Source of the DNA: an uncultured Clostridium sp.
GTDB taxonomy: Bacteria > Bacillota > Clostridia > TANB77 > CAG-508
Reading direction: 5' to 3'
Assembly: GCA_964612395.1 (NCBI GenBank)
Contig: CAZTBY010000001.1
Location: 1-40,000 of the forward strand
Length of the DNA: 40,000 nt
Below, in pieces: positions 1 through 10,264 of the stretch (positions are counted from its first letter, which is position 1; the number at the start of each line of letters is the position of its first letter). Under the pieces are notes generated by a model. The model saw only the letters and a program-made list of their open reading frames with translations, ran no database searches and had not been told where the DNA came from. The position numbers and the translations under genes were made by a program.

Positions 1-82
1 TTAATGCTATTAACGTTATTCCTTTGTTTCTCTTCATTTTTTATCTTCTCCTTTTTAATAATCTCATTTCTTGTACCAATCA

Positions 83-200
83 GCCAAACGCAGGAGTTTT
101 GTATCTAGAGAAAAGTGAAGACCTCCAAAATGCTTCTTTAGACGTCTCCATCGTGGGTTCAATTTTAAATAAATACAAAAGCTCCGACGAGATTTGGCGG
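83..200. ncRNA. Unclassified structured RNA candidate, copy 1 (paralog of 33293-33410)
   Basis: 118 nt, GC-richer than its flanks. It aligns without gaps to 33293-33410 with 11 substitutions. Nested helices: GCCAAA/TTTGGC (83-88/193-198), GGAGTTTTGTAT/ATACAAAA(G)CTCC (93-104/173-185), and 111-119/158-166. Pair 116-161 is T-A here and C-G in copy 2. Strand not resolved. Confidence 0.6.
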
Positions 201-305
201 ATATCCTTGTAAAAAAAATAATTTAAAAATGCATATTTGTTTTCTTCTCTGTTTTTCATTTATTTTATAATAAAAAATTACAAATTGCAATATGTTTTTG
301 CAATT

Positions 306-1028
306 TTATAGAATTCTTACTATATCGTTGTATGTTACAAATATTGATAATCCTATTAGTAAAACAAAACCTGCCATTTGTATGCCAATTTCTGTCTTTT
401 GTTTTAGTGGTTTCTTTCTTATTGCTTCTATTAGTAGTAAGAATATTTTTCCTCCATCTAATGGTGGAAATGGTAATAAGTTTGTTATTCCCAGTGATAC
501 TGATATTACAGCCATTAAGTATATGAAGTCACTTAAGCCTCTTGTTTCAACTACCATATCTGATATTCCTACAACTCCAACAAGTTGATCTGTTTTAATT
601 CTTCCTGTGAATAGCTCTCCTATTCCTTGGAATGTTGCACCTAAAAAATTCCCTGTAAACTTTATTCCATTTTTAAAACCTAATATACATGATGCAATAA
701 TAATGCAAACTAATAGTCCAAAAATTATATTTACAGTTCCTCCTGCAAGTAGTATTGTAATTTTTTGTGGAATACTCTTTTTGTTATATGCTCTTTCATC
801 TTCAACTGGTTCTTCTTCTCCAAGCATATTTACAAAGCCACCCATAGGAATTAATTTTAGCTCATATGAAGTCTCTTTACCTTGTTTTTTCCAAATTGTT
901 GGACCAAAGCCTATTGCAAATTGCTTAATTTTTACTTTGAATAATTTCGCAACAAGGAAATGACCAAGCTCATGTATGAAAATCAAAAAACCTAACAAAA
1001 ATGCTATTTTTATAATTCCTAATATCAA
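306..1028 (-). CDS. rseP: M50 site-2 metalloprotease (RseP/RasP family), short PDZ-less form
   Basis: TTG start with an AGGGGAG RBS. HELGH zinc motif near the N-terminus and NLLPFPPLDGG near the C-terminus. Sits directly after cdsA as in Firmicutes. Only 240 aa. Confidence 0.85.
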   Translation of the reverse strand: MILGIIKIAFLLGFLIFIHELGHFLVAKLFKVKIKQFAIGFGPTIWKKQGKETSYELKLIPMGGFVNMLGEEEPVEDERAYNKKSIPQKITILLAGGTVNIIFGLLVCIIIASCILGFKNGIKFTGNFLGATFQGIGELFTGRIKTDQLVGVVGISDMVVETRGLSDFIYLMAVISVSLGITNLLPFPPLDGGKIFLLLIEAIRKKPLKQKTEIGIQMAGFVLLIGLSIFVTYNDIVRIL

Positions 1029-1043
1029 AGTTTCTCCCCTTTT

Positions 1044-1841
1044 CTATATAATTGTTAATAAAAAGTATGCAAATGGAGCAATAAATAGTATACTATCTAT
1101 TCTATCTAACATTCCTCCATGCCCTGGAATTATTTTTCCAAAATCTTTTATCTCTACATATCTTTTTATACTAGAAGCTGCTAGATCTCCAATTTGTGCA
1201 AGAACACTTAATGATACCCCAATTTCTATTATTGCCAAATAAGAAATTCCAACATTACAAATTTTGTTTATAAAATATGTATATATAATTGCAATAAATG
1301 TACTTCCAATAATTCCACCTATACTTCCCTCTATTGATTTTTTAGGGCTAATTGGCGTTAACTTATGTTTTCCTAATCTTATTCCTACTAGGTATGCAAA
1401 AGTATCTGTTCCCCAAGCAGATATTGCTAAGTACCAAATTAAAATCTTCCCATGTTCTGACATATATATTAGTGGTATAAATATTATAAATCCAATTATA
1501 TATAATATTCCAAAACCAGTTATTGCAATATCTTCAAAGTTTGTTTTCATTTCTGATATTACAACCTTGAAAAATAATAAAGCTATACCAATTGGAAACA
1601 TAAGTATTAACATTTCTTTTGGAAGAACATTTATAAATGCAAGCAGTATTGCCAAAATATTGCCTACCCATCTCTCAACATTATACTTTTTTGAAAGACA
1701 ATTAAAATACTCATTTATTGCTATTATTGCAACTGCTGATATAGTTAAATTTACAGCTGTACTATTTCCCAAAATAAGAATAACTGCTACTGCTAAAAAT
1801 AATATAGTGCCAGATATGAACCTTTTTATTTTTGTTTTCAT
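1044..1841 (-). CDS. cdsA: Phosphatidate cytidylyltransferase
   Basis: Multi-TM protein with the CdsA signature SSIKRYVEIKDFGKIIPGHGGMLDRIDS. Conserved uppS-cdsA order. Confidence 0.95.
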   Translation of the reverse strand: MKTKIKRFISGTILFLAVAVILILGNSTAVNLTISAVAIIAINEYFNCLSKKYNVERWVGNILAILLAFINVLPKEMLILMFPIGIALLFFKVVISEMKTNFEDIAITGFGILYIIGFIIFIPLIYMSEHGKILIWYLAISAWGTDTFAYLVGIRLGKHKLTPISPKKSIEGSIGGIIGSTFIAIIYTYFINKICNVGISYLAIIEIGVSLSVLAQIGDLAASSIKRYVEIKDFGKIIPGHGGMLDRIDSILFIAPFAYFLLTII

Positions 1842-2575
1842 TATTTTTTCACCTCATCTGGGCGTCCCCCAAATCTTCTATTTCTTTTTTGATATACTTT
1901 AATTGCTTCTATTAAATCTTCTCTATCAAACTCTGGCCAATGTTTATCTGGAAAATAAAATTCTGAATATGTAAGTTGCCATGGTAAAAAGTTGCTTGTT
2001 CTTAGTTCATGGCTTGTTCTTATCATTAAGTCTGGGTCTGGTTGACCTGCTGTGTAAATGCTTTCTGATATTAGTTTTTCATTAATATCTTTTATATCAA
2101 TTTCTCCTGATTTTACTTTTTCTGCAATAACTTTTGTACTGTGTACAAGTTCTGCTCTACCACCATAGTTAAATGCTATATTTAGAATTAATCCTGTATT
2201 ATTTTTAGTTTTTTCAACTAATTTATCAATCTTTTTTTGAATATCTGGTGGTATATTTTCTTTCTCTCCAATCACTCTAATTTTTATATTTTTTAGGTCT
2301 AGTTTTCTAAGCATAGAATCTAAGTTTGCTTTTAATATAAACATTAAAGCAGAAACTTCTTCTTGTGTACGTTTCCAATTTTCTGTTGAAAACGCATATA
2401 CTGTTAAATATTTAATTCCTATTTCATTGCAAAATGTTGCTATGTTATCTAAATTCTTTGAACCTGCTTTATGTCCATCTTTTGTGGTTAGTCCTCTTGC
2501 TTTAGCCCAACGTCTATTTCCATCCATAATTATTGCTATATGCTTTGGTAAGTTTTCTAAATCTATTTCTTCCAT
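1841..2575 (-). CDS. uppS: Undecaprenyl-diphosphate synthase
   Basis: HIAIIMDGNRRWA and RTSHELRTSNFLPWQ motifs. 244 aa. Confidence 0.95.
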   Translation of the reverse strand: MEEIDLENLPKHIAIIMDGNRRWAKARGLTTKDGHKAGSKNLDNIATFCNEIGIKYLTVYAFSTENWKRTQEEVSALMFILKANLDSMLRKLDLKNIKIRVIGEKENIPPDIQKKIDKLVEKTKNNTGLILNIAFNYGGRAELVHSTKVIAEKVKSGEIDIKDINEKLISESIYTAGQPDPDLMIRTSHELRTSNFLPWQLTYSEFYFPDKHWPEFDREDLIEAIKVYQKRNRRFGGRPDEVKK

Positions 2576-2652
2576 ATCTTCGTCCTTTCAATTTTACTTC
2601 TATACTATTCTATCATAAAAAGCATAAAAAATGAATTTTTTTTGCAAATTTA

Positions 2653-3072
2653 CTAAAATATATTTTTAAAACTCAATCTTTCTCTATCACAAACATGATT
2701 TGTAAAGAAAATTGCTTCTTCAATTTCTGGAATTGCTTCATCTAAGTCTCCATTTTCTATACTAGATTTTGCTCTTGTAAAGGCTTGTTCTAAATTATCT
2801 ATTTCTTGATGAACTATTATAATTGACCATGTATTGCTTATTTCTTGCCATTTTTCATCAACATTATTTGCAAGAGTTATAATTTCATCTCTTTCATTAT
2901 TTTCCTTTATATTTATAGTTTTATCTTTCAACTCATTTAAATCGGCTAATAGTTCTTCTGTTGTTTTGCTTAGGTAGTTTTGCATCATAAAATCCCCAAC
3001 TATAATAATTAATATAATTGAAATAATTATTATGGTATCTCTCATTTTCATTTCCTTTCTTTTTCTTGGCAA
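2653..3072 (-). CDS. DUF4363-like small membrane-anchored protein
   Basis: One N-terminal TM helix followed by a helical domain. Coupled to the upstream DUF421 gene; the likely true start is the ATG at 3051, overlapping the TGA stop (ATGA). Confidence 0.6.
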   Translation of the reverse strand: MPRKRKEMKMRDTIIIISIILIIIVGDFMMQNYLSKTTEELLADLNELKDKTINIKENNERDEIITLANNVDEKWQEISNTWSIIIVHQEIDNLEQAFTRAKSSIENGDLDEAIPEIEEAIFFTNHVCDRERLSFKNIF

Positions 3073-3722
3073 AAGATTTGTTCTTTTCCATCAAAAGTTA
3101 CTATTAATGCATTTTCTGGCTTTATTTTAAATTTGTCAACTTGCTTTTTTAACCATATTTCATCTTTTCCAATTTTCTTTAAATTCTTATACATTATTCT
3201 TCCATCTATTATTAAATCATATGGAATTCCCTCATATTCGGGTATTATATTAAAATCTTCTGGTATTGTATTTCGTTTTTCTGGCTTTTGTATTACACTT
3301 ATTTGACCACTTGTTTCAAGTATTGCATATTCTACGTCTCCAAGTGTGAAAATATTATTTTGTCTAAGTCTTTCTTGAAGTTCATTTATTGTTATCTTTT
3401 CTTTTTTTAAAGCTTTTTCATCAATCTTTCCTCTATATATTAGTATCTGTGGTTTTCCACAGATTATTTGTCTTAGTCTTATACTTTTTAGGTTAATAAT
3501 TGAAATTATTAATTGGAACAATAATAATGCTAAAATTGGTATTATACCATTAAATATTGGAATTCCTGTATCAGACATTGGAACAGAAGCTAAATCTGCA
3601 ATCATTATAGCAATAACTAACTCGAATGGCTGCATTTGGCTAATTTCACGTTTTCCCATTATACGCATTACTACTAACACTAGTATGTAAATAATGCTTA
3701 CTCTTACAAAAGTGTTTAACAT
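3048..3722 (-). CDS. DUF421 (YetF-like) membrane protein
   Basis: Three N-terminal TM helices plus a C-terminal soluble domain typical of YetF/YdfS-type proteins. Ends in TGA. Confidence 0.7.
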   Translation of the reverse strand: MLNTFVRVSIIYILVLVVMRIMGKREISQMQPFELVIAIMIADLASVPMSDTGIPIFNGIIPILALLLFQLIISIINLKSIRLRQIICGKPQILIYRGKIDEKALKKEKITINELQERLRQNNIFTLGDVEYAILETSGQISVIQKPEKRNTIPEDFNIIPEYEGIPYDLIIDGRIMYKNLKKIGKDEIWLKKQVDKFKIKPENALIVTFDGKEQIFCQEKERK

Positions 3723-3884
3723 TTTTGTCTCCTTTTTATTTTATAGTTAAATTTTTCACATTTTTTTTGAATTTATACAAGATTTTTTTGAATAAAATTT
3801 TATTTATTGAAAATAATATATATGAAACCTAAAAATCAAAGCAAAATTAAATATATATATTTAAAGTTAGGAGGTTTTAAGCAA

Positions 3885-4262
3885 ATGGGAAATAACAATC
3901 AAAATGTACAAACTTCAAACGGTACTAATACAGCTTGGTTAATAGTTGGCAGACTAATAACTGCTGCTATAGTTCTTGCTATTACAGCTTTCTTCACACC
4001 TGGTTTTGAGATTAATAATTTTTGGGCTTTAGTCGCTGCTGCTGTTGTGCTTACTATTATGGATTACCTTATTTCTAAATTTACAGGTATTCAAGCAAGT
4101 CCTTTTGGTAAGGGATTTGTAGGATTTGTTCTATCAGTTATTATACTCTATGCTACACAATATTTTGTTGCAGGTTATGCAATTTCTTGGATGTCTGCAA
4201 TAATCGGTGCTTTAATTTACGGCGTAGTTGATTATTTCTTACCTGGTGAACAAAAGATGTAG
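3885..4262 (+). CDS. Phage-holin-family-4-like (YvlD/DUF360-type) membrane protein
   Basis: GGAGG RBS 9 nt upstream of the ATG at 3885 (the ORF track begins at 3807). Four predicted TM segments with a PGF..NFW motif resembling YvlD. Confidence 0.55.
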   Translation: MGNNNQNVQTSNGTNTAWLIVGRLITAAIVLAITAFFTPGFEINNFWALVAAAVVLTIMDYLISKFTGIQASPFGKGFVGFVLSVIILYATQYFVAGYAISWMSAIIGALIYGVVDYFLPGEQKM

Positions 4263-4268
4263 TAAAAT

Positions 4269-4302
4269 AGGGAACTTCGAAATGAAGTTCCCTATTTTTT
4301 TT
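4269..4302 (+). terminator. Rho-independent terminator between convergent genes
   Basis: 10-bp stem AGGGAACTTC/GAAGTTCCCT, 5-nt loop, followed by a T8 run. Confidence 0.75.
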
Positions 4303-5503
4303 ATACATCAATAACTTGTGTTGCTCTAATTCTTAAATAATCACTTAATTCTAGTGTTTGTTTTTCTACTTCTACTCTATAATAAATTTTTCCAAGTTCA
4401 CTTACTGAATATAGTTTATCTAGATGGTCACATGGTAATAGTTCGTTTCCTGTCTCAATATCCATCAAACCATATTTTGAATCACTTTTTATTACAATTG
4501 CCTCATTTTGCAAATAATCCATTTTGGGAACAATTAGTGTATATAGTATTTTGTTTTGTGAATCAGCTTTATATCCAATATCATCATAAACAATTTTACC
4601 TATTAAGGTTCCATCCTTTTTCATTATACCATATTTATTATTATTTTTTACCTTGTATAACATTCTTTCATAATTGAGTATTTCTAAACCATCATATTTT
4701 AATGATTGTTCCACATGTCCAGTTGTACTAATTATTCCGTATTGCCCATTTGTATTAGAAACTATATAGTTAAAATTGTATTCATCAAAGTATATGCTTG
4801 TATATTTTGCTCCACCTATTATTTCTTGGTAATTTGTGTCCAATACACTCCATATTCCATTTTTGCTTACTATAATAAAGTCATAAGCTAATGCTTTTTG
4901 GTTGTTTTGATCTGTTGCTATTTCATATCCCAATTCTTTTAATTTACTTTGATACATACTTGCTAATTGTTTTACATTATAAATCTTTATTTCATTATTA
5001 GCATTTGTAATATATTTTATGTTTAAAGCTTGTTGCAAATCATCTACTGCAATATATAAATTATTATTGTATGCAATTATGTTATGTTTTAATGTATAAT
5101 ATTGATAATCTAAATTTGTACCCTCTTCATATTTATACATCTTATTTGAATCCATTTCGAAGCCTGATATAAAATTATCAAATTTAATATAACATTTTGT
5201 TGTATCAACATCATATTCTTGGTATTCGCTGTTATCAAATTCATATCCAAAGAATTCTGATAATTGTTTTAAATTAATATACTGATTTCCTGCACTATCA
5301 CTTATTAAAAAACCATCTTGTAGTTCTTTAATCTCGTCTCCTATATACAGTGTTTTTGGGATTACTTTATTTGCCTCTAAAAAAATAATCAATATTCCTA
5401 TTAAAATAAACGCAATTATTGATACAATCAATAAAGCCCATATTATTTTCTTTCCTTTTGGTGTTTTTTGTTTTTGATATTGTTTTTCATTTAATAAATC
5501 CAT
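4301..5503 (-). CDS. WG-repeat (KWG-type) protein with N-terminal membrane anchor
   Basis: Repeated KYG(I/L)M..G..(I/L) units (KYGLMDIETGNELL, KYGIMKKDGTLIG, QYGIISTTGHV) and an N-terminal TM helix. Confidence 0.6.
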   Translation of the reverse strand: MDLLNEKQYQKQKTPKGKKIIWALLIVSIIAFILIGILIIFLEANKVIPKTLYIGDEIKELQDGFLISDSAGNQYINLKQLSEFFGYEFDNSEYQEYDVDTTKCYIKFDNFISGFEMDSNKMYKYEEGTNLDYQYYTLKHNIIAYNNNLYIAVDDLQQALNIKYITNANNEIKIYNVKQLASMYQSKLKELGYEIATDQNNQKALAYDFIIVSKNGIWSVLDTNYQEIIGGAKYTSIYFDEYNFNYIVSNTNGQYGIISTTGHVEQSLKYDGLEILNYERMLYKVKNNNKYGIMKKDGTLIGKIVYDDIGYKADSQNKILYTLIVPKMDYLQNEAIVIKSDSKYGLMDIETGNELLPCDHLDKLYSVSELGKIYYRVEVEKQTLELSDYLRIRATQVIDV

Positions 5504-5526
5504 ACTTATTCATTCCTTTCATGGTT

Positions 5527-6681
<1,155 letters not shown>

Positions 6682-8619
6682 TTATGTTCCTTTTGTGTTA
6701 TTTACTGTATTGTTTGTTGCATTTTCTGTGGTATTTTCAGTTGTATTCCCTGTAGTATTATTACTTACAGTGTTATTTATATTATTATTTTCATTTGATT
6801 TTTCTTGTGTTGTTGTTGTCTCTGTATTAGATGATTCACTTGGTGTTTCTGGTGTCGTGGATACTGATGTTTCAGTTTTTGTAGTTGTTTTACTTACTCC
6901 TCTTTTTACTATTTTATTTAATGGGCTATATGAATCTGTTGATAATAATTCCTTTGAAATTTCTTGTCCATTTAACTTAACTATTCTATATGTTTTACTT
7001 TTACACCCTTTTAGCCCCCATTGTGCTACACTTTCTGTTCCTGGTGCTAAACTTGAATCATTTTCATAAACTACGCTATACGATGTATAACTTTGTACCT
7101 CTGTTATAATTTCTATATCATATTCAACTTCTTCTTTTATTCCGAAAATTTTGATTTCTGCTAATCCACCACCTGATTTTGTTTTTAGCATTATTGGATA
7201 TTTCCTTGTGTTTTCAAATTGAAAATCAAGTGAACCATAAACAACTGTGGCATCTTTTCCTGGTTCTACATATCCTGCTTGGAACATATGGTTATGTCTT
7301 TCAACAATTTTCATGTTTGCATACAATGCTGCATCATATAATGTTGAAGATATTTGACATATCCCTCCTGCAAGCATTGGTACAACTTTACCTCCAGCAA
7401 AACCGTTTGCATATTGGTAACCTTCTTCCACTGTTCTCTTCCCAAGTGTTTTATTATATGAAAATACTTCACCTGGCATTATAACTACACCATCTAATTT
7501 AGATAATGCAATCTTCAAATTTTTTGATCTTGGTACATTGCTTTCATCATATTTTGTTGAGAATGAGCTTAATAAATCTGGAAAAGCTTCCTCTCCTATC
7601 TCATTTGTATGCACTTTGGGTTCTGTAATAATGAGTTCTATAACATATTCATCTTTTTGTTCTTTTATTTCTTCTTTTGCTTTTTCTACATCAAAATCTA
7701 TTCCATTTTTATGTGGTATTATTTCGAAGGGGTCTGTTGTATATGTTGCATCTTGTGGTTCAGATTTAACTTCCTCATGTATTTTTTCTATGTTTATTTC
7801 CAGACATTCTGCATTATCTACTTTTAATGTTAATATATCTTGGCTTCCTGTTTTTATGGCATTAATTATTAGCTCTTTGGCACTATCTGTATCTATAACT
7901 TTTCCTGCCTTTCCTCTTGTTATTACTAATTCTTTGTCATCTTCTTCTACACTATATGTATTATCTTGCATAGCTTCAGGCATTTTTAAGTTTACTTCTT
8001 TTAAAAAACTATTTAATGTTTCCTCGTTATATGTAACCTCTAAGTTGATTTTTGTTTCTTCAAACATTGTTCTTAAAATTTCAAAGTTATTCTCAATTAT
8101 ATTTCCATTTCTTCCAGTGTTATATGCTTCTTCTATTGCTTCATCTATATGATATTCGACCTCTAATTGTTCCGGTACTAAAGTAAAAGTTTCTCCATTT
8201 GCAACAATTTGAATTTCTCTAGTTTTTTCTTCTTCAAATTTTTCATTTAATAATTTTGTTGCTTCATCTATTGTTAGACCTTCCATATTTATATTTCTAA
8301 TAAATACACCATTTAAAATAGATTCATTGTTAGAGTTGATTAGTGCAAATATTGTTGAAAAAACTCCACTAATAATCAAAAGTATAAGAATAATAATTAA
8401 TATTACTATACACTTGTTTTTGCCTTTTTTAGGTTGTTTACTTTGCTTAAATGAATATGTTTGTTCTATTTTCTCATTTTTCCTTTTTTCATTAATTTTT
8501 TCTGCTTCCACATCTTTTTTAACTTTTTCTTTTATTTCTTTAGTTTTTTCTTCAGCTACATCATTTTCTAAAATTTCTGCTTTTAATTTTTCATCCATAG
8601 TTTCGGCACCTTTCATCAA
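6682..8619 (-). CDS. VanW-family protein with G5 domain and Thr/Asn-rich C-terminal tail
   Basis: N-terminal TM helix, VanW core (PGEVFSYNKTLG..GYQYANGF) and a G5-like segment (KTYRIVKLNGQEISKELL). Low-complexity T/N/E tail at 6682-6850. Confidence 0.8.
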   Translation of the reverse strand: MMKGAETMDEKLKAEILENDVAEEKTKEIKEKVKKDVEAEKINEKRKNEKIEQTYSFKQSKQPKKGKNKCIVILIIILILLIISGVFSTIFALINSNNESILNGVFIRNINMEGLTIDEATKLLNEKFEEEKTREIQIVANGETFTLVPEQLEVEYHIDEAIEEAYNTGRNGNIIENNFEILRTMFEETKINLEVTYNEETLNSFLKEVNLKMPEAMQDNTYSVEEDDKELVITRGKAGKVIDTDSAKELIINAIKTGSQDILTLKVDNAECLEINIEKIHEEVKSEPQDATYTTDPFEIIPHKNGIDFDVEKAKEEIKEQKDEYVIELIITEPKVHTNEIGEEAFPDLLSSFSTKYDESNVPRSKNLKIALSKLDGVVIMPGEVFSYNKTLGKRTVEEGYQYANGFAGGKVVPMLAGGICQISSTLYDAALYANMKIVERHNHMFQAGYVEPGKDATVVYGSLDFQFENTRKYPIMLKTKSGGGLAEIKIFGIKEEVEYDIEIITEVQSYTSYSVVYENDSSLAPGTESVAQWGLKGCKSKTYRIVKLNGQEISKELLSTDSYSPLNKIVKRGVSKTTTKTETSVSTTPETPSESSNTETTTTQEKSNENNNINNTVSNNTTGNTTENTTENATNNTVNNTKGT

Positions 8620-8713
8620 AATTTATCTCTTTTTGTTTAATCTTATCATAAAATGTCTTTTTTTACAATATTATTTACAGAAATTTAATAAGTAATTATT
8701 TTATTTAATTATA

Positions 8714-8914
8714 TTATTGCTCATTGAAAAATATTTCAAAAATTGTTTTATTTAAAGCCTTTGCAATTTTTTCCATTATTTCTACAGATGGATGTGTTCT
8801 TGACCCTTTTTCTAGGTGACATAGATACCCACTTGATACTCCAGATTTTACAGAAAGTTCATCTAAGGTCATTCCTTTTTCTTTTCTTATATTTTTCAAT
8901 TTGTTGTAATACAT
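8714..8914 (-). CDS. XRE-family helix-turn-helix regulator (Cro/CI-like, 66 aa)
   Basis: HTH_3 pattern (KGMTLDELSVKSGVSSGYLCHLEKG). Divergent from 9090-9653. Confidence 0.8.
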   Translation of the reverse strand: MYYNKLKNIRKEKGMTLDELSVKSGVSSGYLCHLEKGSRTHPSVEIMEKIAKALNKTIFEIFFNEQ

Positions 8915-9026
8915 GTTAAAACCTCCTTTGTCTAATTAACAATGATAATATCATAACTCAATTTGACAAGTCAAGAGTTTTGTGATATTTTTTTATAAAA
9001 TTTGATGTTTTTTTCTTATTTACTAC

Positions 9027-9055
9027 TAGACAATTTTGATTTTGTTTAGTATAAT
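9027..9055 (+). promoter_or_regulatory. Sigma-A-type promoter for 9090-9653
   Basis: TAGACA, 17-nt spacer, TATAAT (9050-9055). Confidence 0.55.
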
Positions 9056-9089
9056 AGGAAAAGATAATTTTTAGAAATGAGGTAATTTT

Positions 9090-9653
9090 ATGATTGGAGA
9101 CATGATTGCAATTATTAGAAAAGAGAAAGGAATAACAAAAACAGAGCTTGCTGAAATGACCGGAATTAACATTGGTCACTTAACCCATATAGAAAAAGGT
9201 GAAAGAAATCCAAGCCATAAAGCATTAAGAAATATTTGCAAAGCATTAGATGTTCCTTATCAACAATTAATGTACACATATGATAAAGAATTAAATGAAG
9301 ATCAAACAAAATATGGACTAGCTGAACATATTGCATACAACAAGGTTTTAGCTGTTGACAATTTAAATGCATTTGTAGATTGCCCATCTTCTGCTCCATC
9401 TGCATCACTTGCTATTAAGGTTCCTGATGATGCCATGGAAGGAGTTTGCAAACAAGGAGATTACATTTTTGTGGAGTTTAATTCTCCATTAGTTAATAAA
9501 GATATTGGTTTATTTAGTGTGAATGGTCAAATTGTAATTAGAAGATTTTTCTTAAAAAAAGGTAAATACACGTTAAAAGCAGACAACAAATCCTTTAAAG
9601 ACATTGCTATTACCAACACTGACAGTTTTTACATTATAGGAAAAGTTTTATAA
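9090..9653 (+). CDS. XRE HTH repressor with degenerate S24 (LexA/CI-like) C-terminal domain
   Basis: N-terminal HTH (KGITKTELAEMTGINIGHLTHIEKG). The C-terminal S24 fold reads DDAM where GDSM is expected and IRRF where VKRL is expected. Confidence 0.75.
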   Translation: MIGDMIAIIRKEKGITKTELAEMTGINIGHLTHIEKGERNPSHKALRNICKALDVPYQQLMYTYDKELNEDQTKYGLAEHIAYNKVLAVDNLNAFVDCPSSAPSASLAIKVPDDAMEGVCKQGDYIFVEFNSPLVNKDIGLFSVNGQIVIRRFFLKKGKYTLKADNKSFKDIAITNTDSFYIIGKVL

Positions 9654-9698
9654 TTTATAATTTTTTTACAATTTTTTTAATTTTTTTGTAAAAAACTC

Positions 9699-9727
9699 TT
9701 GCATTATATATTTTTTAATAATATAAT
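9699..9727 (+). promoter_or_regulatory. Sigma-A-type promoter for 9766-10230
   Basis: TTGCAT, 17-nt spacer, TATAAT (9722-9727). Confidence 0.6.
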
Positions 9728-9765
9728 GTTGGTAGCAAAAGATAAACAAAAAAAGAGGGAATAAA

Positions 9766-10230
9766 ATGGAACTATTAAAAAACATATTTTTTGATACAGA
9801 TAAGTTAATACAAGGCTCAACTGTTAAGATTTCTTACACTGGAAAATTTTTTGAAGATGCTTCTGAAGAAGTATTTATTCATTATGGTTTTGGAGAAAAT
9901 TGGGATAATTTATCTGAATTGAAAATGGAAAAAACAGATTTAGGTTTTCAAATCGCAATAACTTTACTAGATAGCAATACTTTCAATTTCTGTTTTAGGA
10001 ATGGAAATAATGAATGGGATAACAATAATTCACAAAACTATGTATTTGAATTAGAATCTCCTTGCACTGATTTAGTTTTAAGCAATACGGGATATGGTTT
10101 AGATAGACCTAATAGATTAAGAAAAACTTACATTTGGGGTAAAAAAATTAAACTTGCAGTTTATAAGATTGTTAGGTATATTCCAAAGCTAATTACAGGA
10201 AATTTTAGAAGAAAAATTGAAGAGAAATAA
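9766..10230 (+). CDS. Starch/glycogen-binding-module-like protein (CBM25/CBM53-like)
   Basis: HYGFGENW ... FCFRNGNNEWDNNNSQNYVF matches the H.G.N.W / F.F ... WDNN.G.NY pattern of CBM25/53 modules. Has its own promoter and terminator. Confidence 0.55.
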   Translation: MELLKNIFFDTDKLIQGSTVKISYTGKFFEDASEEVFIHYGFGENWDNLSELKMEKTDLGFQIAITLLDSNTFNFCFRNGNNEWDNNNSQNYVFELESPCTDLVLSNTGYGLDRPNRLRKTYIWGKKIKLAVYKIVRYIPKLITGNFRRKIEEK

Positions 10231-10237
10231 CTATAAA

Positions 10238-10264
10238 CGCCCTTGTTTAAGGGCGCTGTTTTTA
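10238..10264 (+). terminator. Rho-independent terminator
   Basis: CGCCCTT/AAGGGCG 7-bp stem, GTTT loop, then CTGTTTTT. Confidence 0.75.

Noticed and set aside
184-192. Hammerhead-like core (CCGACGAG or CCGATGAG) and a GAAAC in the RNA element
   Set aside because: The U4 position of the CUGANGA core is a C. The GAAA box is not conserved between the two copies (CCAAAATG versus CCGAAACA). The helices do not form a three-way hammerhead junction.
24-212. 62-aa plus-strand ORF at the start of the window
   Set aside because: It lies across RNA-element copy 1. Conservation with copy 2 is at the nucleotide and base-pair level, and copy 2 has no equivalent ORF. There is no RBS.
8714-10230. Prophage or prophage remnant signalled by the Cro/CI-like pair
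   Set aside because: No integrase, terminase, capsid, tail or lysis genes are adjacent. The neighbours are VanW, a CBM-like protein and an SDR.
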